The position numbers and the translations under genes are program-made. A model generated the notes under the pieces. It was not told where the DNA came from. It made no database searches and worked only from the letters and a program-made list of their open reading frames with translations. Positions 8,996 to 19,242 of a stretch of 64,000 nucleotides of DNA are shown here, piece after piece (the first letter of the stretch is position 1; the number at the start of each line of letters is the position of its first letter). Source of the stretch: Bacilli bacterium (GTDB lineage Bacteria > Bacillota_I > Bacilli_A > ML615J-28 > CAG-698). The DNA lies in contig CAKJYW010000001.1 in NCBI GenBank assembly GCA_918272565.1, forward strand, positions 6,353-70,352, read 5' to 3'.

Positions 8996-9778
8996 ATGAG
9001 AAAAGGAAGATTTTGGTTTTTATTAATAACAGATATTTTATCTATTTTATTGATTGTATTTACGATTATTTATCACACTAGATATGATATCTATTTATAT
9101 ATTATTGCGGGGATGATGCTTATTCCTAATTTCACTATGCGTAACACAGAACGTAGTCAATTAGTTCGAATTATTGGTGAATATGCAATGAACGCAGATG
9201 CTTTTAAATATTATGATGATATGGTTGCATTCTATAAAACCCTATATCTAACTAAAAAAGCTAGAAAGATGAATAATATTATCCTAGCAATGATTAAAAT
9301 TGATATGGGTGAAATTGATGAAGCTGAAAAGATGCTAACTGAGTTAGAATCAATCATTGATAAAGCTAATTTCTTTAATAAATATAATTATTATCGTGCT
9401 TGGTGTAGTATCTACTACGAAAAAGGACAAGCCAATCATTATAAAATATTGCTCGAAGAATTAAAGAAAATAATAGAAGCTGCTAAACAACCTACACTAA
9501 GAGATCAAATGATCACTAATTACAGGTATATAGAAGCTAAATACTTTATTATGAATGGAATTTATCTAGATAAGGCTAGGACTTTATATGAAGATACTTT
9601 AAGTATTGATAGTACTACTATTATGAGACTAGTTTCTAATTATTATTTAGGTGTAATCTATGCTAAAGAAAACAATATCGCTAAATCTATCGAATATTTC
9701 AAGAAAGTAGCATTCAGTGACAAGAAACTTCATATTGTTAATAAAGCAATTAAATATATTGAAGCTTTAGAGAAATAA
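8996..9778 (+). CDS. Hypothetical membrane-anchored protein with TPR-like helical repeats
   Basis: Two N-terminal hydrophobic helices (FWFLLITDILSILLIVFTIIY, IYLYIIAGMMLIP) precede alpha-helical repeat-like sequence. It sits directly upstream of the response regulator. Confidence 0.45.
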   Translation: MRKGRFWFLLITDILSILLIVFTIIYHTRYDIYLYIIAGMMLIPNFTMRNTERSQLVRIIGEYAMNADAFKYYDDMVAFYKTLYLTKKARKMNNIILAMIKIDMGEIDEAEKMLTELESIIDKANFFNKYNYYRAWCSIYYEKGQANHYKILLEELKKIIEAAKQPTLRDQMITNYRYIEAKYFIMNGIYLDKARTLYEDTLSIDSTTIMRLVSNYYLGVIYAKENNIAKSIEYFKKVAFSDKKLHIVNKAIKYIEALEK

Positions 9779-9804
9779 AGGTATAATAAAATTGGTGGTG
9801 AATT

Positions 9805-11385
9805 ATGTATAAATTAGTAATTGTTGATGATGAATTTGATGTTCGTAACCGACTAAGCCAATCTATCAAGAAGCTTGATACTGGCTTTGAGATTGTTGGG
9901 ATGTACGAAAATGGGTTAGATGCTTTAGAGGGTGTAAATAATTTGAACCCTGATTTAGTTATAACTGATATTCGTATGCCTTTTATGACTGGTATAGAAT
10001 TAATATCAAAAATCAAAGAAACTAAACCTCTAACAAAAGCCATTATTATTACCGGCTTCGATGAATTTGATTATGCTAAAAAGGCAATCGATTTAGGTGT
10101 TGTTGGTTTTCTAACAAAACCAGTTTTAAACGATGATTTGAAGAACATTTTAATTAAGACAAAAGAAGATCTTGATGAAGAGTATTTTAGAAATACTAAT
10201 CTGGCCAATATGGAGCAGTTCATTAAGGAGAATCTTCCTGTTATCAAAGAAAATGATATTCATACATTGTTAACTAAGACATCAATCGATTCTAAATTCT
10301 ATAAGAAGTTAGAACATGATGGCATCAATATGGATTACAAATATTTTGCGGTATGTATTACTGATATTGATTCTGAAACTGAAAAAGATGATGTTGATAA
10401 ACATGAAATTGACTTGCTTACTGTTAGAAAGAACGTTACAGAAGCTTTACAAGGTCGTTTCTTTAATGAAACTATCACTAGAAATGACGCTATCGTTTCA
10501 ATAATTAAATCTAATGAGGAAATTACAGTTAATCATCTAGAAAAAAGCTTTGAATATGTTCAAATGAAGACAAAGAAATATAATAATTATTCTTTGAGCG
10601 TAGGTATTAGTAATTTCTATAAGAAGCCTAATTTCAAAGAGATGTATCAAGAAGCTCTAAAAGCGTTAGAATTTAGAAATGCTATGGGCGGAGATGAGAT
10701 TTATTTTTTTAGTAACATTCATGATCTTAATCAATCTGCTAGAACAATTGATGATAACGAATACAAAGATTTAACATATGCTATTAGATATAAGACAATT
10801 GACGAAGCTAAAGAGCTATTATCTGAACTTAAGAAGAAGATTACATCTTTAGATTACATGTCAACTTATGCTTATAACATCTCTAATATCTTAAATGCTA
10901 TTTTGAAATCTTGTGATAACTTCCCAATGCTATATGAAGATGGAATCAATTATCATCAAAAGCTATTAGATTTTAAGACTAGTGATGATTTATTTAATTG
11001 GTTTGAAGCGTTAATTACTAGGGTTAAAGTAATTAATGGTGAAATAATATCTGATAATATTCAAAAGAACTTAAATAAGATTATAAACTATATTGATTCT
11101 CACTATACGGAAAATGATTTGAGCTTAGAACTTTTAGCTGATAAAGTTGATATTAGTGTTAGTTATATAAGTGCGATTTTAAAGAAAGAAAAGAACACTA
11201 CATTTGTTAAGTATTTAACATCACTAAGAATGGAAAAAGCTAAAGAGTATCTAAAGAATCCTAATATGAAGATCGTTGATATTGCGGAGCGTGTTGGTTT
11301 TAGTGAAGCTTATTACTTCAGCCATAGTTTTAAGAAATATCAAGGAATTTCTCCAAAGGAATATAGAGAGCAGGAAGACAAATAA
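9805..11385 (+). CDS. yesN: Two-component response regulator, REC + AraC-type HTH (YesN-like)
   Basis: REC motifs VIVDDE, DLVITDIRMPFMTGIEL and a K in ...TKAIIITG. The C-terminus carries an AraC HTH (VDISVSYISAILKK..., FSEAYYFSHSFKKYQGISPKEYR). SD GGTGGTGA. Confidence 0.85.
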   Translation: MYKLVIVDDEFDVRNRLSQSIKKLDTGFEIVGMYENGLDALEGVNNLNPDLVITDIRMPFMTGIELISKIKETKPLTKAIIITGFDEFDYAKKAIDLGVVGFLTKPVLNDDLKNILIKTKEDLDEEYFRNTNLANMEQFIKENLPVIKENDIHTLLTKTSIDSKFYKKLEHDGINMDYKYFAVCITDIDSETEKDDVDKHEIDLLTVRKNVTEALQGRFFNETITRNDAIVSIIKSNEEITVNHLEKSFEYVQMKTKKYNNYSLSVGISNFYKKPNFKEMYQEALKALEFRNAMGGDEIYFFSNIHDLNQSARTIDDNEYKDLTYAIRYKTIDEAKELLSELKKKITSLDYMSTYAYNISNILNAILKSCDNFPMLYEDGINYHQKLLDFKTSDDLFNWFEALITRVKVINGEIISDNIQKNLNKIINYIDSHYTENDLSLELLADKVDISVSYISAILKKEKNTTFVKYLTSLRMEKAKEYLKNPNMKIVDIAERVGFSEAYYFSHSFKKYQGISPKEYREQEDK

Positions 11386-13124
11386 TGTCTGAAACAAAAA
11401 CGAATTTTACGAAAGGGAGAAGCTTACAGTTTAAGATTGCTTTTTATGTCTTATTGCTAATGATCATATTTACAGCTTTTGTAATGTTTTTCACTATTCG
11501 TAACTTTCGAAGTTATGTTGAAGACAGTGCAACAAGTAAAAGTAATGAGATTAGTAAACAAATCGTATATAATTACGAAAACTATATTGCTAGTATCATC
11601 GAGACATTTAATATTGTTGTTGATAAACTAGACAATGAAGATGTAAAAAACAACATTGAGGAAACAAAAGAATATTTTGAGAGTGTTCTAAGCTTTAGAA
11701 CTGATATCAATAATATTATGTTATTTAATATCGATGGATCGATTCTCGTTTCAACAAACGAAAACTTCGATTCACCAAGCGATGTTATTAGAACGATGTT
11801 TTGGTTCCAAGAACCAATTTTACAGCCTACTGCGCATTATTTCTCTCCACCTTACACTAGTGAAAGTGGAGAAAATATGATTTTTGCCACAAAATACCTC
11901 GATTATAATTTTGGTGAAGATAGTGGTGTTTTGATGATTGAACTTTCATCAGATAAAATCGTTAATCTTGCTCGTAACACTAATCTAGGTAAATATGGTC
12001 AAATTGTTATTTTGAATAATGTTAATAGTTTAATTTTCTATAGTGGCGATAGTGTTAACGATGAGATGCTTCAATCAATTCGTAACCAAACTCTAGGAAC
12101 ATCAACTATTTATTTAGATGGTAATCAGTTCACATTAAGTATTAATCCGATAACTAATACTAGATGGAAAATCGCTATCTTTATTAATACTAATGATAGT
12201 CGTATTGCAATTAATAATTTCACAATTACTTTAGGAATTATCTCAGCTATCGCTTTAGTTTCTGCAGCAATCATTGTTACATTCGTTGTACGTGGTATGA
12301 TTAACCCTCTACGTAAGTTAGAGCGTGCGATGAGTGACATTGAACAAAGTGACTTCTTACAATTTAATGAAGTAAAAGTAAGTGGTCAAAAAGAAGTTGC
12401 ATCTTTAACTAATACCTTCAACTTGATGATGAAACGTATTAGAGAATTGATGGATAAGGTCGTATCTGAGCAGATTAGTCAAAGAAAGAGTGAACTTAAA
12501 GCTTTACAATATCAGATTAACCCTCATTTCCTTTATAATACCTTAGATTCTATCGTATGGTTAATTGATGATGGACAAAATAATGAGGCAAGTAGAATGG
12601 TTGTGGCACTGGCTAAGTTATTTAGAATAAGTATTAGCCGTGGTCGTAACATCATTACTGTTAAAGATGAGCTAGAACATGCTAGAAGTTATCTATTAAT
12701 TCAATCAATTAGGTATTCTAATGGATTCAAATACGAATTCGATGTTCAAGATGAAGTCTTAGAGTGCACAACTGTAAAACTTATCTTACAACCATTAATT
12801 GAAAATGCTATTTATCATGGTATTAAGAATAGGATAGAAGAAGGAATCATCAAAGTAAAAGCTTATATTGAAAATGAACGTATCGTCTTCAAAGTTATTG
12901 ATAATGGTTATGGAATGAAAGAAGAAAAAATCAGTCAAATCTATGAAACATTCAAAAACCCTGAAATCAACGATGGCGTAGGTGTTAAAAACGTTTATTT
13001 GAGATTAAAACTTTACTATGGTGAAGACGCTGATTTAACAATCGAAAGTGAACTCGATGAAGGCACAACAATAACTCTTTATATACCACTAAAAACATCA
13101 ATTGGAGATAAACTTGAAGAATAG
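11385..13124 (+). CDS. yesM: Sensor histidine kinase, YesM/LytS-type (His_kinase internal region + HATPase)
   Basis: Two transmembrane segments flank an extracytoplasmic domain, followed by a HAMP-like segment. QYQINPHFLYNTLDSIVWL is the pfam06580-type H-box; HATPase_c motifs (ENAIYHG, VIDNGYGM) are present. Start overlaps the RR stop (TAATG). Confidence 0.85.
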   Translation: MSETKTNFTKGRSLQFKIAFYVLLLMIIFTAFVMFFTIRNFRSYVEDSATSKSNEISKQIVYNYENYIASIIETFNIVVDKLDNEDVKNNIEETKEYFESVLSFRTDINNIMLFNIDGSILVSTNENFDSPSDVIRTMFWFQEPILQPTAHYFSPPYTSESGENMIFATKYLDYNFGEDSGVLMIELSSDKIVNLARNTNLGKYGQIVILNNVNSLIFYSGDSVNDEMLQSIRNQTLGTSTIYLDGNQFTLSINPITNTRWKIAIFINTNDSRIAINNFTITLGIISAIALVSAAIIVTFVVRGMINPLRKLERAMSDIEQSDFLQFNEVKVSGQKEVASLTNTFNLMMKRIRELMDKVVSEQISQRKSELKALQYQINPHFLYNTLDSIVWLIDDGQNNEASRMVVALAKLFRISISRGRNIITVKDELEHARSYLLIQSIRYSNGFKYEFDVQDEVLECTTVKLILQPLIENAIYHGIKNRIEEGIIKVKAYIENERIVFKVIDNGYGMKEEKISQIYETFKNPEINDGVGVKNVYLRLKLYYGEDADLTIESELDEGTTITLYIPLKTSIGDKLEE

Positions 13125-14187
13125 AAGAACTTTAATTTTTGTACTTTTTATTCTATTGATTATTGTTTTAAGTGGATGTAAAGAGAAAAAGACTAAAGTT
13201 GGTGTTTTGTTATATTCATCTGATGATAGTGCTTTAAATATCATTTATGAAACATTCAAAAATCAATTAGATAATAGTTTTGAAATGATCGTTAAAGATG
13301 CTGAAAACAGTCAGATGTTACAAAACGACCAGTTTTTAGAGTTGATTGATGAAGGTTGCGAACTTATCATTGTTAATTTAGTTGATAGACTAAGTGCTTC
13401 AGTTTATGTTGATAAAGCCAAAAAGCAAGATATTCCTTTAATCTTCTTTAATCGTGAACCAATCTGGGAAGATTTATATAATTATAATAAAGCTTATTAT
13501 GTTGGTAACGATGGAGAAGCTATCGGTTTAATGCAAGCGAAGATTGTTGGTAAGATGTTTAGTGATCCGAATGATTTATCAATCTATTATGATACAAATG
13601 GAAATAATATCATTGAAATGGTCATTTTAAAAGGTGAACAAGGACACCAAATTACTGAAACCATCTTCTCAACTTGCATTAATGAACTTCATAACAAGGA
13701 ATATGCTACATCGATTCTAGCAACCGAGTACGCTAACTGGAATCGTCAAAATGCTAAAGAAGCTATTAGGAAATTATATTATTCTAGTAAATGCCGTGAC
13801 AGTCGTGGTAAAAGCAATATTGAAGTTGTCATTTGTAATAATGATGAGATGGCTATGGGTGTAATCGACTTCATTTTTGAAGAAGAGATTTATTATATCA
13901 GTAAAACTGATGGCTCTTATATTATGCCTTTTGATATCATTGGTGCTAATATCACGGTAAGTAGCCTTGCTGCTATTGAATCCAAATACCTATTTGGTTC
14001 AATTACGGGAGAAGAAGCAAAACAAGGAGAAGTTATTGCTTATTTAGTTAAATCATTAGCTAAAAGAAAAACTCCTGATTTAACAATCTATGATGCAGCA
14101 ATTTATGAAAGTGGCGAGCACATTTACAAATTAAACAAGAATTTCATTTATGTAAATGGTGAAATTGTTTATTCAAAAAGACGATGA
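13114..14187 (+). CDS. Lipoprotein of the periplasmic sugar-binding fold (Peripla_BP, RbsB/LacI type); probable co-sensor of the adjacent two-component system
   Basis: Signal peptide KNRRTLIFVLFILLIIVLSGC with lipobox LSGC. KVGVLLYSSDD...LIIVNLVD...IPLIFFNREP follows the type-I binding-protein pattern. SD GGAGA supports the TTG start at 13114 over the track's 13102. Confidence 0.65.
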   Translation: MKNRRTLIFVLFILLIIVLSGCKEKKTKVGVLLYSSDDSALNIIYETFKNQLDNSFEMIVKDAENSQMLQNDQFLELIDEGCELIIVNLVDRLSASVYVDKAKKQDIPLIFFNREPIWEDLYNYNKAYYVGNDGEAIGLMQAKIVGKMFSDPNDLSIYYDTNGNNIIEMVILKGEQGHQITETIFSTCINELHNKEYATSILATEYANWNRQNAKEAIRKLYYSSKCRDSRGKSNIEVVICNNDEMAMGVIDFIFEEEIYYISKTDGSYIMPFDIIGANITVSSLAAIESKYLFGSITGEEAKQGEVIAYLVKSLAKRKTPDLTIYDAAIYESGEHIYKLNKNFIYVNGEIVYSKRR

Positions 14188-14212
14188 TTATTTCTTTCAT
14201 CGTCTTTTGTAT
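14177..14212 (+). terminator. Rho-independent terminator overlapping the binding-protein stop
   Basis: AAGACGATG-attatttcttt-CATCGTCTT followed by TTGTAT. Confidence 0.5.
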
Positions 14213-14314
14213 ACGTCTAATTAAGATTTGTCATAAAAATAAATATTTATATGTTTAATTTAGATAAATTCATTTATAATATTGTTATAAATTAAGTTTT
14301 TGAGGTATTCTTAT

Positions 14315-17305
14315 ATGCTTGAATTAAAGAATATTACTAAAAATTATATAACTGGAGCAGAAACTGTTGAAGCTTTAAAAGGAATAAATCTAATTTTTAG
14401 AAAAAATGAATTTGTTTCTATCTTAGGACCTTCTGGATGTGGGAAAACTACAATGCTTAATATCATTGGTGGGCTTGATAAATACACTAGCGGTGATTTA
14501 GTTATTTCATCAAAATCAACTAAAGAATATAAAGACCGTGATTGGGATAGATACCGTAATCACTCTGTTGGATTCGTTTTTCAAAATTATAATTTGATTC
14601 CTCACCAATCTGTTTTACAAAACGTTGAACTTGCTTTAACTTTAAGTGGCGTTAATAAAAAAGAACGTAGGTTAAGAGCAAAAGAAGCTCTAGAGATGGT
14701 TGGCTTAGGTGATCAGTTTAAGAAAAGACCTCAGGAGATGAGTGGTGGACAGATGCAACGTGTTGCTATTGCTCGTGCTATCGTTAATAATCCTGATATC
14801 GTTTTAGCTGATGAACCAACTGGTGCCCTAGACACTGAAACTAGCGTTCAAGTTATGCAAATCTTAAAAGAGATTAGTAAAGATCGCTTAGTTATTATGG
14901 TTACCCATAATCCAGATTTAGCCTTAACTTATTCAACAAGAATCATTAAAATGGTCGATGGGTTGATTATTAGTGATTCATCCCCTTTAACAAATGAAGA
15001 GCTCAAAATCGAAAATGAACTTGATAAAAAAGAAGTAGAGTCAAAACCTAAAAAGGTTAAAAACCCTTCTATGAAGTTCCATACTTCATTTGGTCTTTCT
15101 CTAAAGAATCTAATTAGTAAAAAAGGTAGAACGATTCTAACATCTTTTGCGGGGTCAATTGGAATAATTGGTATTGCTTTAATTTATGCTGTTAGTCAAG
15201 GAACTACTAATTATATTAATCAAGTTCAAGAAGAGACTCTAGCAAGTTACCCTATTACTGTTGAAGAAGAAAGCGTAAGCTTAACAAGTCTACTAGAAAG
15301 TTTTATGGGTAAAGCTGAAAGCATCGATGAACATGATTTAGAATCGATTTATCAAAAAGCGATGCTTTATGATTTACTTAATTCTATAAGTAATGTTGAA
15401 ACGAAGAAAAATGACTTAGAAAGCTTTAAAACCTTTATTGAAAATGAACTAAAAGATGAAAATTCAAAGCTATATAGTAGCCTAAATAGTGTTCAATACG
15501 GATATAATGTCGATTTGATGATTTATACAAAGAATGTTGATGATAATATCATTAAATCTGATAGTGGACAGTTGGTACTAGATATTTATAAGAATTATTT
15601 AGGAATAGATATGTCAAGTGCTCTAAATTATTCATCTAGTTCGATGATGCGTTCAATGATGAGTGCTTCATATAGTTTATTTAAGGAACTGATTCCTGGT
15701 AAAAATAGAGAGCTTATTAGTAATGTTACTGAAAGCCAATATGATGTTATCTATGGTAGATGGCCTCAAAGCTTTGATGAAGTAGTTTTGTTTGTTGATG
15801 ATAAAAATGAATTAGATGATATGACTTTATATGCTTTAGGTCTTACAGGAGAAGAAGAGATTAAAAAGTTAGCTGAAGCTGCACTAAATAAGACTGAAAT
15901 CGAATATGAGATTAAGAAATGGTCTTATGAAGAGATTTGTTCAAGAACTTATAGGACAATTCTATCTAGCGATTGTTATAATTACGATAGTAAGACTGAA
16001 ACATATACCGATTTAAGAGACACTGAAGCTGGTATCAAATATTTATATGATAATGGACTTGATTTAAAGGTTGTTGGTATAGCTAGACCTGCTAAAGGAT
16101 CAGTTAGAGGAAATAGCGGTTATATCGGATATACTTATTTACTCACAGAATATATCATTAATAAAGCTAAGGAAAGCGATGCAGTTATTGCTCAAATGGC
16201 TGATCCAACAATGGATATTTTCACTAATTTACCTTTTAAGACAGCTGATAATTACTCAGATAGTGAAAAAGCTGATATTTTTAAAGATAAGGTTAGTGAA
16301 ATGACTATTCAAGAAAAGCAAATCACTTACATGCGTATCGTTACAACTCCTAAAGATGAAGATGTTAAGGCTTATGTAGATACTGAGATAGAAAAAGTAA
16401 CAAAAGAAGAGATTACTGAAGCAATTGTATCACTCATGAAGAGTCAAATGGGGCTTGATGAAGAAACTATTAGATCATATATTGCTAATATGAGCGATGA
16501 AGAATTATATAATTATTATCGCACCATTTTAGAACAACGCTATAAGACACAATTTGCTAGAGAAGTTGCAATGCGCCTTGCTAAGATGAGCCAAGATGAA
16601 ATTTTAGCTGAATTTGATGATTTACTTGCTTCTTCAAGCGACGCTGACGTTGCTTTAATGTATGATTTAGTTATCGAATACAGTGACTCAACATACGAGA
16701 AGAACTTGTCTAAGTTAGGTGTTGCTGATATTGAGAGTCCATCTATGATTAGCATGTATGCGGTTAGCTTTAATGATAAGAGTGTTATTGAAGATGAGAT
16801 TACTAGATATAATGCTATAGTTGATGATGAAGAGAAAGAAATTGAATATACTGATTATATCGGTATTATCATGTCATCTATCACAACAATCATTAATGCT
16901 ATTACTTACGTGCTAATAGCGTTTGTAGCGGTAAGTTTAATTGTATCATCAATCATGATTGGAGTTATAACTCTAATAAGCGTCCAGGAGCGAACAAAAG
17001 AAATAGGTATCCTTCGTTCTATTGGAGCAAGTAAGAGAAACGTTAGTAGTATGTTTAATGCGGAAACTATTATTATAGGACTTAATAGTGGCTTAATCGG
17101 TGTAGGAGTAACTTATTTACTTTGTATACCAATTAATCTAATATTACACTACTATACATCTATACAATCATTAAATGCTACACTACCTCCACTAGTTGGA
17201 TTAATTCTAATTGCTATCAGTTTATTATTAACTTTAATATCAGGAATTATTCCATCTCGCTCTGCAGCAAAGAAAGATCCTGTTGTTGCTTTAAGGACAG
17301 AATAA
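14315..17305 (+). CDS. Fused ABC transporter ATP-binding/permease of MacB/FtsX type with a large extracytoplasmic domain
   Basis: N-terminal ABC ATPase ([34 protein letters not shown]), then TM1, a roughly 550-aa extracytoplasmic region and a C-terminal FtsX-like bundle of three or more TM helices. SD GAGGT supports ATG 14315 (MLELKNI) over the track's TTG at 14300. Confidence 0.8.
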   Translation: MLELKNITKNYITGAETVEALKGINLIFRKNEFVSILGPSGCGKTTMLNIIGGLDKYTSGDLVISSKSTKEYKDRDWDRYRNHSVGFVFQNYNLIPHQSVLQNVELALTLSGVNKKERRLRAKEALEMVGLGDQFKKRPQEMSGGQMQRVAIARAIVNNPDIVLADEPTGALDTETSVQVMQILKEISKDRLVIMVTHNPDLALTYSTRIIKMVDGLIISDSSPLTNEELKIENELDKKEVESKPKKVKNPSMKFHTSFGLSLKNLISKKGRTILTSFAGSIGIIGIALIYAVSQGTTNYINQVQEETLASYPITVEEESVSLTSLLESFMGKAESIDEHDLESIYQKAMLYDLLNSISNVETKKNDLESFKTFIENELKDENSKLYSSLNSVQYGYNVDLMIYTKNVDDNIIKSDSGQLVLDIYKNYLGIDMSSALNYSSSSMMRSMMSASYSLFKELIPGKNRELISNVTESQYDVIYGRWPQSFDEVVLFVDDKNELDDMTLYALGLTGEEEIKKLAEAALNKTEIEYEIKKWSYEEICSRTYRTILSSDCYNYDSKTETYTDLRDTEAGIKYLYDNGLDLKVVGIARPAKGSVRGNSGYIGYTYLLTEYIINKAKESDAVIAQMADPTMDIFTNLPFKTADNYSDSEKADIFKDKVSEMTIQEKQITYMRIVTTPKDEDVKAYVDTEIEKVTKEEITEAIVSLMKSQMGLDEETIRSYIANMSDEELYNYYRTILEQRYKTQFAREVAMRLAKMSQDEILAEFDDLLASSSDADVALMYDLVIEYSDSTYEKNLSKLGVADIESPSMISMYAVSFNDKSVIEDEITRYNAIVDDEEKEIEYTDYIGIIMSSITTIINAITYVLIAFVAVSLIVSSIMIGVITLISVQERTKEIGILRSIGASKRNVSSMFNAETIIIGLNSGLIGVGVTYLLCIPINLILHYYTSIQSLNATLPPLVGLILIAISLLLTLISGIIPSRSAAKKDPVVALRTE

Positions 17306-17337
17306 AGATAGATTTTATATCTATCTTTTTTTTTATT
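17305..17337 (+). terminator. Rho-independent terminator after the ABC transporter gene
   Basis: AAGATAGAT-tttat-ATCTATCTT followed by a T9 run. Confidence 0.65.
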
Positions 17338-17384
17338 GACATATTATTTATCATTTGATACATTTAAGTTGTAAAGGAGTATTT

Positions 17385-18098
17385 ATGTTAAACAAAGATT
17401 TTGAATTAAATTTCACTAGAAACGAAATATCACTTAAGATGAGCGATTTAGAAATTATTTATAAGGGCAAAATGACTAAACATCCACCTAAAGTACTTAA
17501 TCCTGATTCTAATGTTGATTATGGTGGATTTGTCTATAAAATAATTGATTTAGAAAGAAAGAATAACTTTGTCTTCCACGATTTTATTGATACTGATAGA
17601 AGAACAAGTGAAACAAAAGATGTAACTATAACTTTTGATCTTCCTGATATTTATTCTATTAATCCTAAAAACAAATATGATGGAAGATTTTCTTTCCAAT
17701 TTCAAGATATGAAAATTAGTCGTAAACCTAACTATCGTAGGATTTTATTCTTCTATTCCAATGACACTAATGTTAAGTCTATAAATGATTATTTTAAAGA
17801 AGGTCAAACAATTGAATTTGGCACTTATAAAATGAAATGTTTCTTAGATGAAGAAGGACTACCTCAAGGCTTTGCGTATATTTATGATAAATCAAATCGT
17901 TATTATTATTTTGCTAATTTCAAAGATGGCAAGCTACAAGGATTAGTATTCAAATTCACAAACAAGAATAATAAATATGTATTTGTTGACGCTATAGTTT
18001 ACTATGATGATTATAGAACTAATTTATTAAAAGATACATTAGAAAGAATAGATGAATACAATAATAAATACGATTTGACAGTAATTAGTTGGAGTTAA
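17385..18098 (+). CDS. Hypothetical cytoplasmic protein (weak MORN-like GxxxG repeats); last plus-strand gene before the terminus gap
   Basis: SD AAAGGAG lies 6 nt before ATG 17385 (MLNKDFEL); the track start at 17355 is an over-extension. No recognisable catalytic motif. Confidence 0.45.
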   Translation: MLNKDFELNFTRNEISLKMSDLEIIYKGKMTKHPPKVLNPDSNVDYGGFVYKIIDLERKNNFVFHDFIDTDRRTSETKDVTITFDLPDIYSINPKNKYDGRFSFQFQDMKISRKPNYRRILFFYSNDTNVKSINDYFKEGQTIEFGTYKMKCFLDEEGLPQGFAYIYDKSNRYYYFANFKDGKLQGLVFKFTNKNNKYVFVDAIVYYDDYRTNLLKDTLERIDEYNNKYDLTVISWS

Positions 18099-18100
18099 GG

Positions 18101-18153
18101 CTCTATAAGCCTTGTATGAGAAGATTATCTTTTTAAGATGGGTAATTACTAAT
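18101..18153 (+). repeat. Repeat family copy A (ctctataagccttgtATGAGAAGATTATCTTTTTAAgatgggtaattactaat) with mini-ORF MRRLSF*
   Basis: Shares the core GAGAAGATTATCTTTTTAAGATGG-TAATTA with copies at 18486, 18601, 18716, 20143, 27456, 28672 and 48899, all on the + strand. Confidence 0.6.
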
Positions 18154-18229
18154 CTAAAGTTATCATAAACGCGTTATGAAGTGTAAATAATATATAAATT
18201 ATAAGATTCTTATATATAGATGATTTAAA

Positions 18230-18283
18230 AGAAGTGGATATCTGTGTTAATAAATATACTAAATAACCTACTTATCCACTTCT
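18230..18283. repeat. Perfect 11-bp inverted repeat (AGAAGTGGATA ... TATCCACTTCT) with 32-nt loop, 17 nt upstream of dif
   Basis: Read directly in sequence; followed by GATTTT. Could be a terminator or a protein-binding palindrome. Confidence 0.5.
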
Positions 18284-18300
18284 GATTTTATTGATATATT

Positions 18301-18328
18301 GCTTCCTATAATATATATTATGTAAAGT
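18301..18328. other. dif: Probable chromosome dimer resolution site dif (XerC/XerD target)
   Basis: gCTTCCTAtAATATATATTATGTAAAgT versus Bacillus subtilis dif ACTTCCTAGAATATATATTATGTAAACT gives 25/28 identity with the central TATATA and both arms preserved. It lies in a 1.1 kb non-coding gap between convergent gene blocks, with xerD 4.5 kb away. Confidence 0.7.
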
Positions 18329-18485
18329 AGAATATCAAAAGGCAACGGGCTTTGATATATATTGTATAATAAAAAGGTGAATAACAATGTAGCTACTTCA
18401 CCTTGTATTCTTATATTGATCTATCTCAAACAAATCCCCACCAATCATTTCTTATAGATTATCCATGTTTTATTTGCTAATCTTC

Positions 18486-18536
18486 TTGTATAAGCCTTAT
18501 ATGAGACGTTTATCTTTCTTTAGATGATTAATTATC
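18486..18536 (+). repeat. Repeat family copy B with mini-ORF MRRLSFFR* (ATG AGA CGT TTA TCT TTC TTT AGA TGA)
   Basis: ttgtataagccttatATGAGACGTTTATCTTTCTTTAGATGAttaattatc. The Arg codon differs from copy A (AGA to CGT) yet still encodes Arg. Confidence 0.55.
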
Positions 18537-18600
18537 TTATTGGATTCTCTTAATGGCTTATGATTCTTTTTATATATTTATTTCCTGAATTATATTGATA

Positions 18601-18646
18601 AACCCTTATCTGAGAAGATTATCTTTTTAAAGATGGTTAATTATCT
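18601..18646 (+). repeat. Repeat family copy C (aacccttatCTGAGAAGATTATCTTTTTAAAGATGGTTAATTATC)
   Basis: Core contains the palindrome ATCTTT-TTAA-AGAT; the start codon is degenerated to CTG. Confidence 0.55.
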
Positions 18647-18715
18647 GTTTGCTTTCTTAAAAAAGGGCTTTATAAGGCTTTTTTATTATATATTCCTTAC
18701 TTGATTACTCTTTTT

Positions 18716-18802
18716 CTTCTATAAGCTTTATTAGAGAAGATTATCTTTTTAAAGCAGGATAATTAATCATTTAACGTTTTAAAAGAGCTTTGTAGGAGGG
18801 GG
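18716..18802 (+). repeat. Repeat family copy D plus its 3' extension (…ttagagaagattatctttttaaagcaggataattaatcatttaacgttttaaaagagctttgtaggaggggg)
   Basis: The 3' extension aaaagRgcttt-taggaggg recurs at 18661-18680 and 18971-18990, showing that the true unit is about 115-130 nt and arranged in degenerate tandem array. Confidence 0.5.
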
Positions 18803-19210
18803 TTATTAATGAATTTTCATTTAATGATCCACCTAATCAGCCACAAAAAATCTATCTAAATATCTTCTATTTATAATTCTAAAACAGTTATTAAAAAAGA
18901 GCACAAGCCCAAAATTTCACTTATAATGATTTTTGATATAAAAATCGAATAATTAATCATTTGATTGATTAAAAGCGATTATAGAGGGAATTTCAGGCTT
19001 GTTTCTTAATAATAGCTTAATTACAGTTTTATTTTTCTGAAAAAAACTATTTATACTAGCTACTGATCTGTTTTCGTATTGTTTTTTTATAAAAAAGAGG
19101 CTCGAAAAGCTTTAATATATTCATAAATCAATTATGATAATGATTATTTGCTTAAAATTTATATCATTTTTGTCTGTTTTTAAGCATTTTATGGATGATA
19201 ATTAATCTGA

Positions 19211-19242
19211 AAACAAAAAAATCCTCTTATACTTAAGAGGAT
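19211..19242 (-). terminator. Rho-independent terminator of the lipoprotein gene (minus strand)
   Basis: ATCCTCTTA-tact-TAAGAGGAT hairpin overlaps the stop codon, and a T-run follows on the minus strand (plus-strand aaacaaaaaa). Confidence 0.6.

Noticed and set aside
9750-10043. 97-aa minus-strand ORF overlapping the response-regulator start
   Set aside because: It overlaps a well-supported REC domain gene in antisense with no RBS; low-complexity translation.
18099-19241. CRISPR array in the repeat-rich gap
   Set aside because: Repeats are long (~50-120 nt), degenerate and irregularly spaced, with no unique spacers of uniform size and no cas genes in the window.
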